A DNA stretch of 64,000 nucleotides from positions 160,001-224,000 of the forward strand of contig JAVYWL010000003.1 of assembly GCA_038727135.1 (NCBI GenBank). Reading direction: 5' to 3'. The position numbers were made by a program, and so were the translations under genes. Below the pieces are notes generated by a model. It was not told the DNA's origin, made no database searches, and saw nothing but the letters and a program-made list of their open reading frames with translations. Source of the DNA: Candidatus Bathyarchaeia archaeon (GTDB lineage Archaea; Thermoproteota; Bathyarchaeia; Bathyarchaeales; Bathycorpusculaceae). Shown in pieces: positions 8,797-19,194 of this stretch. Numbering within the stretch: position 1 is the stretch's first letter; each line of letters starts with the position of its first letter.

Positions 8797-10233
8797 TTAT
8801 GGGTTTTGCCATTTTTCTTGTAGGAACTTAGGGATTTCTGATGAGTCTCTGGGTCCTACTAGGACTTGCCATCCGCTTAGTTCTTCTATTTCTCCGCTTA
8901 GGCGTGCCGCCTTGCCGGGTATAATTAGTTTTCTGTGTTTCACTTTGTTTTCTATTCCTGAAGCCTTTATTGCTTCGGCTACTTTTTCTGCTGTTAGTTT
9001 GCGTCCGGCTACTGCGCTGTCTACGGCTATGCCTTCCGTGTCCACCACCAGCAAATAGGCGTTTATTTTTGCTGATTCTATGTCTGAAGCCACCGTGTAG
9101 TAGGTTAGGGCGAAGTTGGTTGTGAACATGACTGGCGAGTTCTCGTCTGGAGTGCCAAACACTTTCAAGCCTGGCTCTACGGCTACTGGTTTGCGGGGAT
9201 CCGTGTAAATGTTGGCTCTTAAAACAACGTTTGGCAGTAAAGCCCATCCGTCTAGGCTGTGCATTACGAGAATGTCGGCGAAACGCACAATAAGCATAGC
9301 CGCCAGGTAGGCTTCTCGCCATTTGACGATTTCTGGGGCTATTCCGCTGCTTTCAAGCCAAACGGTCATGGGCACACCCATTAATGGAAAGCCTAGAAGC
9401 TCGTCGCCTTTCTTGCAAGCCAAGCGCCTAATCATGGTGAAATTGTTAAGCGTGTCAGCCAAGCCGTCGCCCGCGAAGGTGCCAGGGTCCAGAACAAGGT
9501 CTTCCACGCCATATTCGAGAAGAGTCTTCGCCAAAGACTTCAAAAGTTTAAGGTTGTTTGGTGCAAAAACGGTCAGCGGGCAGCCGTACATTAGGGCTAG
9601 TTCAGCCATCTCCCTCCAATTATCCTTGGTAGCCGCATACAAGAGCGGTCGGGCTTTCGGTGCAGCCATCAAGCCAGCTTCCAGAACTGTTGGGTTCAGG
9701 GAGCATAAAATCATTGGTAGTTTTGTGTTTTCTGCCACCTTGCGCACTGCTGCCTTAAACTTGTCCGGGTCGTTGGACGTTGAGCGAACAGCAACCATGT
9801 CCAACTTTAAAATTTGCCCGATATACTCGTAGCGGAATTCTTCAACCCGTTTGATGCGGCTTAGGATTTCTTCTTCTGGCATCTCATCTGTTACATCTAT
9901 GGCTATGGCTGTTGGGTTAAAGTATGTAAGCTCGTGGCGGTACATGACAAGTTTTCCGCCGATTTTAACAGCCCTTTCACCAGTGCCGATGACAACTTCT
10001 TTTATGGCTGGTTTCAGCATTTCCTTAAGCTGTTTGTAGGCTTTCTCAAACTCCTTCTTCAATATGGGCGGACACTTTTCAATCGGGACTTCGCGGTTTA
10101 CAACTTTTGTGGCGAAAGCCATGCAGTTTTCTTCGCCGCACTCCTTGCAGTTTGTACGCGGAAGAAGCTTGTAAACGTCTATGGGGCTTAGTTCCTTAAC
10201 GCCAACCTTGCCTTTGGCTTCCCTTTCACTCAT
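8797..10233 (-). CDS. cdhE: Acetyl-CoA decarbonylase/synthase gamma subunit (corrinoid Fe-S protein large subunit)
   Basis: LPRTNCKECGEENCMAFA Fe-S motif, RHE, NIYTDP, TTNFALTY, GPRDSS. Confidence 0.96.
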   Translation of the reverse strand: MSEREAKGKVGVKELSPIDVYKLLPRTNCKECGEENCMAFATKVVNREVPIEKCPPILKKEFEKAYKQLKEMLKPAIKEVVIGTGERAVKIGGKLVMYRHELTYFNPTAIAIDVTDEMPEEEILSRIKRVEEFRYEYIGQILKLDMVAVRSTSNDPDKFKAAVRKVAENTKLPMILCSLNPTVLEAGLMAAPKARPLLYAATKDNWREMAELALMYGCPLTVFAPNNLKLLKSLAKTLLEYGVEDLVLDPGTFAGDGLADTLNNFTMIRRLACKKGDELLGFPLMGVPMTVWLESSGIAPEIVKWREAYLAAMLIVRFADILVMHSLDGWALLPNVVLRANIYTDPRKPVAVEPGLKVFGTPDENSPVMFTTNFALTYYTVASDIESAKINAYLLVVDTEGIAVDSAVAGRKLTAEKVAEAIKASGIENKVKHRKLIIPGKAARLSGEIEELSGWQVLVGPRDSSEIPKFLQEKWQNP

Positions 10234-10260
10234 AACGCCTCAAACCTCCATTAAACCCTT

Positions 10261-11484
10261 TTAAACTTTGGCGGTAACCCATTCCACAAGCCTATCAGCC
10301 TTGCCGGACTTGCCGCCCATAAGCTGGGCTATAATGTCTTTCACTGTTTTGACGGCTGCTGGGTGCATCATCATGAAAAGGTCTACGCCAGCCAATAGAA
10401 GCGTTAAAGCTGTAACAACCTCCCATAAGGGTCCTCGAAGCTCGCGGGGCTCCCACTCAGGAGCCATTTTAAGCCAAGCCTCTCGGGCTGCCCAAGCGTT
10501 GGTTGTTCCAGAAGACATGGGATGCGCCAGCTCAGGGTCACCCATCAAAGCCGCTAGACGAGCCCTCTCCATGTTTGTGAAGGCATAGTCCAAACCGTAA
10601 CCTAAAGCCGCCGTTGTTAAGTCCATGACGATGTCCTCTTTAGCCAAGAAATCGTACAGCCGACGGTTCAGCTCCCTAGCCAAGTTCAAGTCCATAGGCG
10701 TAAACGAAAGTGCCACATGCCCATTCCTTTTAATGAATTTGGCGCAGCGTTCAACGTCCATATCCCTTGTAACAGAGCTTATCAAGAAACGTTCGCCGGC
10801 AAAGGTTTCGCAAACTTCTTGGAAGACATTCGCATCTTTCACTGGGTCGCCGCAGCCGCCGATGATTAGTGGCACGTCCACTGCTTGTGCAACAGCCTCA
10901 ACGGTTTTAACAGCCTCCTTGGGTGAAGCATCCTTGACAAGCGGGTCAATGCTGATTAGGTGGATGGTTATCAAGTCTGCGCCGAACTTTTCAACAGCCA
11001 GTTTAGCCCAAGCCGCCGGGTCGCCTAAAACATCCTTAACATGCATCTTAACAGCCTTGGCAAGCGGGACCTCCATGTCAAAAACGTCCAAGGATATGAC
11101 TGGCGGATGGGGCGTAGGTCTCTCAAAAGTGTAGAAGGCTGGAGTGGTTTCGCCGCCGATAACAACCGTTTTGCCCCTTGTCCCACCCTCACTTTTTGTG
11201 GCTCCAAGTTTAACCTCAACAACTTTTCCCGGATAAGTTTCAACCGGTGGGACGAATTCGGCTTCAATTATTTGGGTGGGTTTAGCCTTAACTGGTGGGG
11301 CGACTTTTGGCGGGGCAATTACTGGAGCTGCCACTGCGCCGGGTTGAAGCCAAATTTCTAGGTCGCCAACTTCCATCTCAAAGTCTTCAAGCTCAATTTC
11401 TTGAAGCTTCGCCAGAAGCTCCAGCAGCCGAGAGTTCAGCTTTAACCCTAAAACCGTCTCGTCCTTTTCCTTCTTTTCAGCCAA
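10261..11484 (-). CDS. cdhD: ACDS delta subunit (corrinoid Fe-S protein small subunit)
   Basis: GATKSEGGTRG, VFD, TAALGYGLDY, NAWAAREAW, MMMHP. Confidence 0.95.
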   Translation of the reverse strand: MAEKKEKDETVLGLKLNSRLLELLAKLQEIELEDFEMEVGDLEIWLQPGAVAAPVIAPPKVAPPVKAKPTQIIEAEFVPPVETYPGKVVEVKLGATKSEGGTRGKTVVIGGETTPAFYTFERPTPHPPVISLDVFDMEVPLAKAVKMHVKDVLGDPAAWAKLAVEKFGADLITIHLISIDPLVKDASPKEAVKTVEAVAQAVDVPLIIGGCGDPVKDANVFQEVCETFAGERFLISSVTRDMDVERCAKFIKRNGHVALSFTPMDLNLARELNRRLYDFLAKEDIVMDLTTAALGYGLDYAFTNMERARLAALMGDPELAHPMSSGTTNAWAAREAWLKMAPEWEPRELRGPLWEVVTALTLLLAGVDLFMMMHPAAVKTVKDIIAQLMGGKSGKADRLVEWVTAKV

Positions 11485-11491
11485 GTTTCTT

Positions 11492-12913
11492 TCACCTTTT
11501 CTCTGTTTTCTCGCTTTTAACAGAGCGAATTATGACGCGTTTGGCGTAGATTTTGGCGTCCTTCAGTATGATTTTGTATCCGCCAGCAGTTATGGGAAGA
11601 GTAGCCGCAGTGATTGTTGGAACCATGGCTGGTGCAGCTTCTTCTCGTGCTTCAGCTTCTGCAGGAATAGCCTCTGGAACGGCTACAACTTCCTCTTTCC
11701 AGCGGTCAACAACCGGGTGGCCGCGGGCTTTCAGGAAAGCCTTTAGCTCATCAATGGTTTTGGCATCTTCTTCTGTGGCGATTTTGTCCACAAGCTCTGG
11801 TGGAATAAAGTTCTTAACACGTTCCTTCACTTCCTTTGGCATCCAGACAACGCGTTTGTAGCCGCCGTCGGCCTGCAAGAACTTTGTAGAGCGCATGTAC
11901 TCGATGGATATGCCGTGGAAACCGTCCACTTGACGCCCACCGGCAGTTGAGTCCGCCAACGTGGAGAAGGCTAAACCGTTCACGGTTACTTCCTTATAGC
12001 CTCTGTGGACTATGCCGAAGCCGTCCACTTCTGGGATGTAGAAGGCAACGCCCTCAAAACAGCCACATGAGGTGTGGGGATAGCCAAAAGCTGTGTAAAG
12101 CCAAACGCGGTTTATCTCGCCCAAGGTGCGCTTCTTAACAGCCTCATTCACACCGGAATACTCGCCTTTTTCAGGGTCTAAAAGCTCGCCTCTGTCAATT
12201 TCGAATATGGGACCTTTTGGGTCTATGTTGGCTGAAGCCCTAGCATCAAACCAGCTTATGGCACCACAATTAGAGTAGCGCTGTGGCGTTATCACACAGC
12301 AGTGGGTTGGCGCAAAAGACTGACATAAGATGCAGCCATAAAACTTGTCCACTTCTTCGTCCTTAAGACCCCTAGCCCTCGCATCTCTTGCCTCATAAAT
12401 CTGTAAGGCTTGAGGGTAAAGCTCTTTTACCTTTTCGGCGTCGGTTATGAAGGTTACTTGCATTTTCTCGATTATTGGAAGTTCGCTCTTAAACAGCCTA
12501 TGCAAGACCTTGCCGATAAATTGGAAGGAGTTTAAGCCCTTTTGGTAGGACTTCTTGCTAAGCCTTAACCAGATGTCGTATCGCTGGTTTAGGTGCATGA
12601 AACCCTCAATATAGTTGCAGTAGGCGTGGATACGCCTCTCAATGACACCCTCCAGTTCTGGCTCCAGTTTGGCGCCAGCCACCTCGATGATAATTCCGAA
12701 CGGGTAGGTTTTGCCCTCCTCCATGTCCTTAATGTCTGGACCAATGATGATTATTTTTCCGTCTTCGACTTCCTCTGGCTTTTTGACCCTTGCAAGTTCA
12801 AATTTTTCTTTGACGTCTGGTCCGCCGAGCTCCACAAACATGTCCTTTCTTCGGATTCTTTCGCCCTCGTAGATTACGCCCACGTCGACGGGTATGTCTT
12901 GAAACATGCTCAT
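11492..12913 (-). CDS. cdhC: ACDS beta subunit (acetyl-CoA synthase)
   Basis: EGERIR, ERRIH, CILCQSFAP and HTSCGCFE A-cluster ligands. Confidence 0.96.
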   Translation of the reverse strand: MSMFQDIPVDVGVIYEGERIRRKDMFVELGGPDVKEKFELARVKKPEEVEDGKIIIIGPDIKDMEEGKTYPFGIIIEVAGAKLEPELEGVIERRIHAYCNYIEGFMHLNQRYDIWLRLSKKSYQKGLNSFQFIGKVLHRLFKSELPIIEKMQVTFITDAEKVKELYPQALQIYEARDARARGLKDEEVDKFYGCILCQSFAPTHCCVITPQRYSNCGAISWFDARASANIDPKGPIFEIDRGELLDPEKGEYSGVNEAVKKRTLGEINRVWLYTAFGYPHTSCGCFEGVAFYIPEVDGFGIVHRGYKEVTVNGLAFSTLADSTAGGRQVDGFHGISIEYMRSTKFLQADGGYKRVVWMPKEVKERVKNFIPPELVDKIATEEDAKTIDELKAFLKARGHPVVDRWKEEVVAVPEAIPAEAEAREEAAPAMVPTITAATLPITAGGYKIILKDAKIYAKRVIIRSVKSEKTEKR

Positions 12914-12931
12914 TTCCTATTTTCGCCTCCT

Positions 12932-13462
12932 TCAAACCTTCTCCATTATGACTTTAAGGTTTTTCACCCACTCCTCGTGGGAAAGATTTGGGAAAGACCA
13001 ACTTGCATGAGGATGATAAACATTATCTAAAGATATCGTCTTCAAGTGTTGGGCGAAATGCTTCAGCCCCGACAAGATTGTCCACTCCATGTAATAGTAG
13101 AGTCCCACAAACAAGGCTAGGTCATGCTGTCCCTTACCGTCAACACCCGCCCAATCCGGGTCGACGAGGCGGTTTCCAATATCAACAGCCGGCATGAAAG
13201 CCGCTGGCTTAAAACCCCGCTTTGTGAACTCGCCTATCATGTGGGCTGTAGCCACAACTGGGATGCCGCTCTTCTTTGAAAACTCAATTATGAAGTCTAT
13301 GAGTTTCCCACCGTCAAAGTCTATTTCAGCCGCCTTATGCCCAACAACAAGCACCGGATGCTTAGCCCGTTTTATCATGGCCGCAACAACTTCAGGCTTA
13401 GTAATAACTAAAGCCTTTTTTGGTCCAGGAATTTCAGCCGTTTGCCAAGGTTCAGCCGCCAT
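12932..13462 (-). CDS. cdhB: ACDS epsilon subunit
   Basis: AMIKRAKHPVLVVG, WAGVDGKGQHDL, LSGLKHFA, ASWSFPN; operon position. Confidence 0.93.
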   Translation of the reverse strand: MAAEPWQTAEIPGPKKALVITKPEVVAAMIKRAKHPVLVVGHKAAEIDFDGGKLIDFIIEFSKKSGIPVVATAHMIGEFTKRGFKPAAFMPAVDIGNRLVDPDWAGVDGKGQHDLALFVGLYYYMEWTILSGLKHFAQHLKTISLDNVYHPHASWSFPNLSHEEWVKNLKVIMEKV

Positions 13463-13477
13463 AACGCTATCCCTCCA

Positions 13478-15835
13478 TCACTCCTTCCTCTTCCTTATAA
13501 GTCTAGGCAACAGCGTCGGGTCTGGAATGATTGTTTCCTTCCAGCCCTTCTCCTCTAGAATCTTTATGATTTCATCCTTCATTGTTACTGGTATGTCGGC
13601 GACTGTCCGCACGAAGCGGTGGATGTCTTCTGGCATGGTTCCATAAAGGCGTTTATGCAAATCAACATAATGTGTCAACTTTATGGCTCTTCCCTTCGTG
13701 GTATCGTTGGGGCGCATACAAAGCTTAGCGATCATAACCATGGCTTCCTCCTTAGTTTCAGCCGCATAGAACAAGTGCTCCGGTGCAGGTCCCACATAGA
13801 CCTTTTCGCCGGTCCTAGCATCATAAACGTACCAGTCTTCCTCACGGTCAGCCCTTCCCAAAAGCATGCGCCTATACTTGATGCCATGAGGACCAACAAT
13901 AACTGGAACGCCTAAACGCCAGAAGCCAGCGGCTATTGAAGCAGCTTTTTGGGAGTATGCTCCCCATGCAACGCCAACGGCGCCCACACGGTTTAGGATG
14001 TAGTCGGCAATCTCCTCGTAATTGGCGCGCAGATTTCTCTTAGCAAAGATGTTGGCAATTTTTATTGCTGCGCCGGCGATATGCGCGTTAGCAACGCATG
14101 AACCAACGTTCACCATGCATCCAGCCGTGAACTCTCCTGTAAACTCTTCATACGGAGTTTTGCCCTCTTCGTTCTTGTACATGCCAGCCGTCATGGCGGC
14201 GCATCCAGAAGTGACGACTATGTAGCGTCTGCTGGCGAATTCGCGGCACATTTCCGCAACTTCTATCCCGCCTTTCGGGTAGTTGGCGCATCCAACGAAG
14301 GCAATTACGCCCGGAATCTCGCCGAGAACTATTGGGCTTCCCACGTTTCGGATTTCCACGTCTTGTATGGGGCCTCTTCCAGCCCGCACCTTGTAGGTTT
14401 CCTCTTTAAGCTTCTTCTCCCCAGCCTTAACAATGAAGCTGTGAATTTGCAAGCTTACCGGGCATGCTTCCTCGCATCGTCCGCATCCAACGCACAAGTC
14501 GTATAGTTCTGCAAGCTTAGCTAAAGAGCCTTCCATGGCGGCTTTCATGGCTTCTGGAATGTGCAGGTCTTGTGGGCAAGCTCTTCGGCAGTCGCCGCAC
14601 TGGCGGCACTCCTTCGCCTTTTGCAGAACTTCATCCACCTCTGGAATTGCCTTAAACTTCTTCCTTAAAGGTGCCACTTTCAAGGCTACTTTAACAGCGA
14701 CTTCGCCTACTTTTTCTGGGTCCAAGATTAATGCGCCTGGGATTTTGCCGCTTACAAGGTCTTCAACTATGGCGTCTGCCGGGTCGTTTGTGCGGTTTGG
14801 CAAGCCCATGCAGTTCTTTTCAGAAGCCACAATAACAGGAGCCTTAATCCGCTGAGCCTCATAAAAGGAGTCCGTCCGGATGCACTGCTCATCTAAAACA
14901 ACAACGTCTGGAACTCCGCTTCTTATGAAGCGTAATTGCCAAGAAATTGGTCCAATAATCTTTCCCCTTTTATAATAGCGTGTTATGTCATGGGCTGTGC
15001 AGCATAAGCCGCAAACTTCTATTTCTCCGTCCAGCCCGTTCTCCTTCATATAGTCAATTATGCCCACGGATGGAACAACATTATGCCCTATGCAGAGGAT
15101 TACTGGCTTTTCAATGTTTACTGTTCCATAGCCTAAATCCACAAGCGGCGCGTCAGGGTCAGCCTTTGGAAAGCCGTAGGCGGCTATTTGGGCTATGTCA
15201 GCCACTTCCATGCCAACATGGTCCAACATGCCTACGTGGAAAACCTTCGACTCGAAGTCGAGGTTGCTTCCCTCCTGCCCAGTGTGGCAAACAGACAAGC
15301 AGTGGGTAACCTGTGTCTCCACGTAATCCAATATTTCTTCAAGGTCGCCGAGGGTTTCAGGCTTAACTCCGCAGACAAGCCTTGTAATTGGCGCTTCCAC
15401 TTGAACGTTCAATCCGCCAACGTCTAGGGGCATTCTTCTACCATATTTCTCGATTAAGTGCTCCACCATGTGGCGGGCATGCCCAGTATGGGTTGCAGCA
15501 CCAATACAGCATGCCAAAAGCACTATGCGGGACTGTTGGGCAGACATGTTTATGCCACATGCACCGCGCTTGTTTCCAGTTAGGTCGCATTTGCCAAAAG
15601 TGCAGAGGCAGCAGACATCACAGAAAGGCAGATAAAAGGGCTTGTAGCGCTGCAGAAGCTTCATGTCCCATTCGCGTAGGGCTGTCAATGATGGGAAAGG
15701 CGTTGGGCCCATCGGTTCAGCCCATGCTTCCTCAACTATCTTGCCAATGGACAATTCAAGGTTTTTGATAAGCCCCAAGTCTGTCTTCATTTCTCCAATT
15801 TTCACATGTAATCCTTTCTTGCTCAAGGTAAACAC
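13478..15835 (-). CDS. cdhA: ACDS alpha subunit (Ni-CO dehydrogenase)
   Basis: [25 protein letters not shown], two ferredoxin motifs, [16 protein letters not shown]; start may be TTG 15826. Confidence 0.96.
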   Translation of the reverse strand: MFTLSKKGLHVKIGEMKTDLGLIKNLELSIGKIVEEAWAEPMGPTPFPSLTALREWDMKLLQRYKPFYLPFCDVCCLCTFGKCDLTGNKRGACGINMSAQQSRIVLLACCIGAATHTGHARHMVEHLIEKYGRRMPLDVGGLNVQVEAPITRLVCGVKPETLGDLEEILDYVETQVTHCLSVCHTGQEGSNLDFESKVFHVGMLDHVGMEVADIAQIAAYGFPKADPDAPLVDLGYGTVNIEKPVILCIGHNVVPSVGIIDYMKENGLDGEIEVCGLCCTAHDITRYYKRGKIIGPISWQLRFIRSGVPDVVVLDEQCIRTDSFYEAQRIKAPVIVASEKNCMGLPNRTNDPADAIVEDLVSGKIPGALILDPEKVGEVAVKVALKVAPLRKKFKAIPEVDEVLQKAKECRQCGDCRRACPQDLHIPEAMKAAMEGSLAKLAELYDLCVGCGRCEEACPVSLQIHSFIVKAGEKKLKEETYKVRAGRGPIQDVEIRNVGSPIVLGEIPGVIAFVGCANYPKGGIEVAEMCREFASRRYIVVTSGCAAMTAGMYKNEEGKTPYEEFTGEFTAGCMVNVGSCVANAHIAGAAIKIANIFAKRNLRANYEEIADYILNRVGAVGVAWGAYSQKAASIAAGFWRLGVPVIVGPHGIKYRRMLLGRADREEDWYVYDARTGEKVYVGPAPEHLFYAAETKEEAMVMIAKLCMRPNDTTKGRAIKLTHYVDLHKRLYGTMPEDIHRFVRTVADIPVTMKDEIIKILEEKGWKETIIPDPTLLPRLIRKRKE

Positions 15836-15918
15836 AACCCAGAGTAGAAGGTTCTAATGTCAGCATCTAACATTTTAAGCTTTTCCAGAAACTTACACCA
15901 AACGTTATGTGAATTAGG

Positions 15919-16689
15919 CTACGCTCTGCCATAACCAGCATTTTCCATTATCTTTTTAACAGAAATGTAAGCCGGAGTTTCCGGTGATATCCCCAGCAAA
16001 GATTTTCCAGCAAGAACATATTCCTCAACGTTCTCGTCGTAGGCTATGCTGCCCAAAAACTTGAAGGGCAAAACCTTTCTGGCTTGGTTTTCTAGGTTTT
16101 CTGGGAAGCGAAAACCGCCAACTACGTAGAAGTTCTGAAAGGCTATTTTAACCTCCTTAGCCACGCGGTAGGCACGCTCCACATGGTCAAAAGACTTCTT
16201 CGAAGGGTCAATGACGTCGAAGATGTCGTCCACTTTGGATGTTATACGCCTATTCAAGTGTTCTAAGCCAGCTGGGGAATCAATTAGAACATACTTGTAG
16301 TTTTTTGTTAGTGATTCTAATGCGCCTTTTAGGGCTGCGTTTGGTAGGCAGTAGCATCCTTCAACCCACTTTGTTCCAAGCGCAATAAAATCAAAGTGTT
16401 CACCTTCATACATTCCATGAGCCCAAATTCGGCTTTCAATGCGCTCTGTTGGTGGTACTCCAACGGTTGTTCCACCCTCTTCTAGGAAGGTTTCCACGAG
16501 AAGTTCTGAAATGGATTTTTTGCCTGCTGCGTGGAGGTCTACGCCAACCATCTCGCCCAAATTCTGGTCCGGGTCGGCATCCACAAGAAGGAGTGGAGCC
16601 TCACCCAATTCTATGAAGTATTTTGTCATTAGGGCTACGAAGCTTGTTTTTCCGGTGCCTCCCCGCCCCATGGTGACAAGAATTTTCAT
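15919..16689 (-). CDS. cooC: CooC/AcsF-type nickel insertion ATPase
   Basis: GRGGTGKT, DADP, EGCYC, DSPAGLEH. Confidence 0.9.
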   Translation of the reverse strand: MKILVTMGRGGTGKTSFVALMTKYFIELGEAPLLLVDADPDQNLGEMVGVDLHAAGKKSISELLVETFLEEGGTTVGVPPTERIESRIWAHGMYEGEHFDFIALGTKWVEGCYCLPNAALKGALESLTKNYKYVLIDSPAGLEHLNRRITSKVDDIFDVIDPSKKSFDHVERAYRVAKEVKIAFQNFYVVGGFRFPENLENQARKVLPFKFLGSIAYDENVEEYVLAGKSLLGISPETPAYISVKKIMENAGYGRA

Positions 16690-16737
16690 GCTTTAAGTTC
16701 CCTTCTTGGCTGGTTCATCCTATTGCTTTAGACATTA

Positions 16738-17517
16738 TTAGGTGTTGCCTTGCAAAAGTTTGTCGCATAATCTTTCTATGGCTTTAATGGCTAGGATATC
16801 CCCATATTTTAGGGGTGTTTCTCCCCTCATTTCAGCCTCCACAACTTTTGGGTCGAAGGGCAAATAATCCAGAACCGTCAAGCTGTTTTCTTTGGCATAC
16901 TTTTCAATAGCCTCTTTTTGAGCTTCGTTTTCAATCTTGTTTCCAATCAGAAGGATGCGGTTCATTCCGGCTTTTATGCCTAACTCGTGGATGCGTTTGG
17001 CTGTTTCAAGAGCCTTCACATTAGCATTAACAACAACAAGCATGGTATCCACGTGTCGCGCTGTGCCCCGCCCCATGTGCTCAACACCGGCTTCCATGTC
17101 CAAGACAACAGCCTCGCCTCGTTCAACAACCAAGTGCCTCAAAAGCGAACGGATAACAGCATTAGCCGGACAAGTGCACCCAGCCCCAGCAGAACGAACA
17201 GTCCCCATGACGATTAAGTTCACGCCAAAAGGCGTTTTAACGGCGTAGTCTCGCACAATATCATCAACAGTGAATGTTAAGCGGAAAACACCAGCATAAC
17301 CAGTACTCGTCTTCGCTTCGATAAGCTGCTTATTCTCGGATATAGGCACTATACGGCTGGCTTCCTCAGAGGACAAGCCTAAAGTCAAGGCGAGATTGGG
17401 CGAAGGATCAGCATCAATAGCAATGGTCCTAAACCCTCTTTTGGTTAAGGCGTACGCCAAACCGCCAGCAACAAGAGTTTTGCCGACGCCGCCCTTACCA
17501 GAAACAGCCACCTTCAT
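16738..17517 (-). CDS. cooC: CooC-type nickel insertion ATPase (second copy)
   Basis: GKGGVGKT, DADP, GCTCP, DMEAGVEHMGRG. Confidence 0.9.
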   Translation of the reverse strand: MKVAVSGKGGVGKTLVAGGLAYALTKRGFRTIAIDADPSPNLALTLGLSSEEASRIVPISENKQLIEAKTSTGYAGVFRLTFTVDDIVRDYAVKTPFGVNLIVMGTVRSAGAGCTCPANAVIRSLLRHLVVERGEAVVLDMEAGVEHMGRGTARHVDTMLVVVNANVKALETAKRIHELGIKAGMNRILLIGNKIENEAQKEAIEKYAKENSLTVLDYLPFDPKVVEAEMRGETPLKYGDILAIKAIERLCDKLLQGNT

Positions 17518-17536
17518 AAAATTCACCGAAACACGA

Positions 17537-17959
17537 TTAGACCTTCACTTCAGCAAGCGTCCGCGCCTCCACTTCCTTGAGCTGTCTAAAATGGGGGTCC
17601 TCTGTTAATATGATGTCAGCTCTTTCAAGAAAAGCAGTAGCGGCTATTATGCAGTCTCCCCATGGAATCTTCTCTTGATATTTGTGCCTGAAAATCCCGG
17701 CTTGTTTAGCCACATCTGCTGTTAAATTTATGATTTCCAACCCTGAGTTAACAAGTTCTCTAAAAAATTTTTCTGCAACATCCCTGCCCGCCCTTTTACG
17801 CGTTAACAAGTAAAATTCTCCAAGAACAATTGTTGGCAGGATTCCCTTATTCCCAAGTTTCCTACATTGGGTGAGGATTTTCTGAGTTTTGCCTAGAACA
17901 TCTTCTTCGTCAGAAAAATAATGGAGCACAAGAAAAGTTGTGTCAAGCACAATAATCAT
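17537..17959 (-). CDS. vapC: VapC-type PIN domain toxin
   Basis: IVLDT, E, D(C)IIAATA and TEDPHF PIN acidic residues. Confidence 0.88.
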   Translation of the reverse strand: MIIVLDTTFLVLHYFSDEEDVLGKTQKILTQCRKLGNKGILPTIVLGEFYLLTRKRAGRDVAEKFFRELVNSGLEIINLTADVAKQAGIFRHKYQEKIPWGDCIIAATAFLERADIILTEDPHFRQLKEVEARTLAEVKV

Positions 17960-17968
17960 AGGATTCCT

Positions 17969-18199
17969 TCAGCGGAAGTTTTCTTCTCTTGCTTTTATAA
18001 GCTCGGCAATTAACTCTTTCGGATTCCCGTATTTTGCTAACTTACCAGCCGAGTCAACAATATCTGGCACTGGTTTTATAACTAACCCGTTCTCTGTCTC
18101 CTCAAAAATCACAAGGCTTCCTTCCCGAAGGTTATATTTCCTTCTAAATTGAACAGGAATTGTTGTCTGCCCCTTCTTGGTTATTTTTGAGTAAGACAT
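17969..18199 (-). CDS. AbrB/MazE/SpoVT-family antitoxin
   Basis: KITKKGQTTIP...R motif directly upstream of the PIN gene. Confidence 0.88.
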   Translation of the reverse strand: MSYSKITKKGQTTIPVQFRRKYNLREGSLVIFEETENGLVIKPVPDIVDSAGKLAKYGNPKELIAELIKAREENFR

Positions 18200-18230
18200 T
18201 TTAATTCTCTTACAATATGAAGGTCTTACT
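18190..18230. promoter_or_regulatory. Inverted repeats, candidate antitoxin operator
   Basis: AGTAAGAC (18190-18197) / GTCTTACT (18223-18230) plus an extra TCTTAC (18208-18213), spanning the antitoxin start and promoter. Confidence 0.45.
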
Positions 18231-18255
18231 TTTTAATAAGCATTACTGAAATGCT

Positions 18256-19179
18256 TCAAAATCTTTCAAGCAGAGCCGCGTACATTATTGGTAGGGCTAT
18301 TGTGGCGTCTGCCTCTATGGTTACTGTTTTTGCCTTTTCTCGGATTTTCCCCCATGATACGGCTTCTCTTGGGCGGGCTCCTGATAGGCTTCCATCATAT
18401 TCTACGGCTGTTGTTATGTAAACCGCATAGTCTAATCCTTTCTTGAATAGGTTCCACCATAGGACGTGGTGTTTTGATATGCCTCCGCCTATTATTAGGG
18501 CTCCAGATTTTTTTGCTTCCCATACCATATCGTTTAGGAGTTGCTCGTCCTTAAGCACGTTTATTTTTAGGTCTTTGTGGTCCTGGCTGAACTGCCAAAT
18601 CTGGTAGCCAACTGCACCGTCTGTTATGCCAGGCACTATTACTGGTATGCCATTCCTCCAGCACCAATATAATATCGAGTTTTCGTGGAGGCGTTTGCCA
18701 ATCTCCCAACACAACTCGTAGGTGGCAAGTTCCCTTTTGCCTTCCGCATAAACGCTACTCAAGAACTCCGCCATTTTCTCTTCGATAATTTCGCCATATG
18801 AGGCGTTAGGCACCAGCACGTTGCCTATCCGGCTCACGCCCTTCCTATGCAGTTCCCTATCGTCCATGTAGAAGTCGCCTTGAAAATAGTCTCGGTAGCA
18901 ACGTGCCAAATCATGGTCCAAGGTGCCACAAGTCGTAACCAGTACATGGAACCATTTACGCTTAACCATGTCACGAATAATGCCCCTAGTGCCAGTGGCA
19001 ATGATGCATGCAGGAAAAGAGAGAAAGTTGAGGATTTTCCGCTCTTTTAGCATCGCCTCGAGAATATCGACGGCGACGGCGAGGTTTTTGGCTGTGAAGC
19101 CTCCGCTTTCAAGCATCTGCCGGACAATAGTGTCTGCGGAAACACCCTTCGAAATTTCGAAGTCCTTCACTTTCTCCAT
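18256..19179 (-). CDS. dys: Deoxyhypusine synthase (canonical archaeal/eukaryotic type)
   Basis: SGGFTA, PGITDG, GGGISKHH, EYDGSLSGARPREAVSWGK with the catalytic Lys. Confidence 0.93.
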   Translation of the reverse strand: MEKVKDFEISKGVSADTIVRQMLESGGFTAKNLAVAVDILEAMLKERKILNFLSFPACIIATGTRGIIRDMVKRKWFHVLVTTCGTLDHDLARCYRDYFQGDFYMDDRELHRKGVSRIGNVLVPNASYGEIIEEKMAEFLSSVYAEGKRELATYELCWEIGKRLHENSILYWCWRNGIPVIVPGITDGAVGYQIWQFSQDHKDLKINVLKDEQLLNDMVWEAKKSGALIIGGGISKHHVLWWNLFKKGLDYAVYITTAVEYDGSLSGARPREAVSWGKIREKAKTVTIEADATIALPIMYAALLERF

Positions 19180-19194
19180 GGAAAACGCCAGAGG

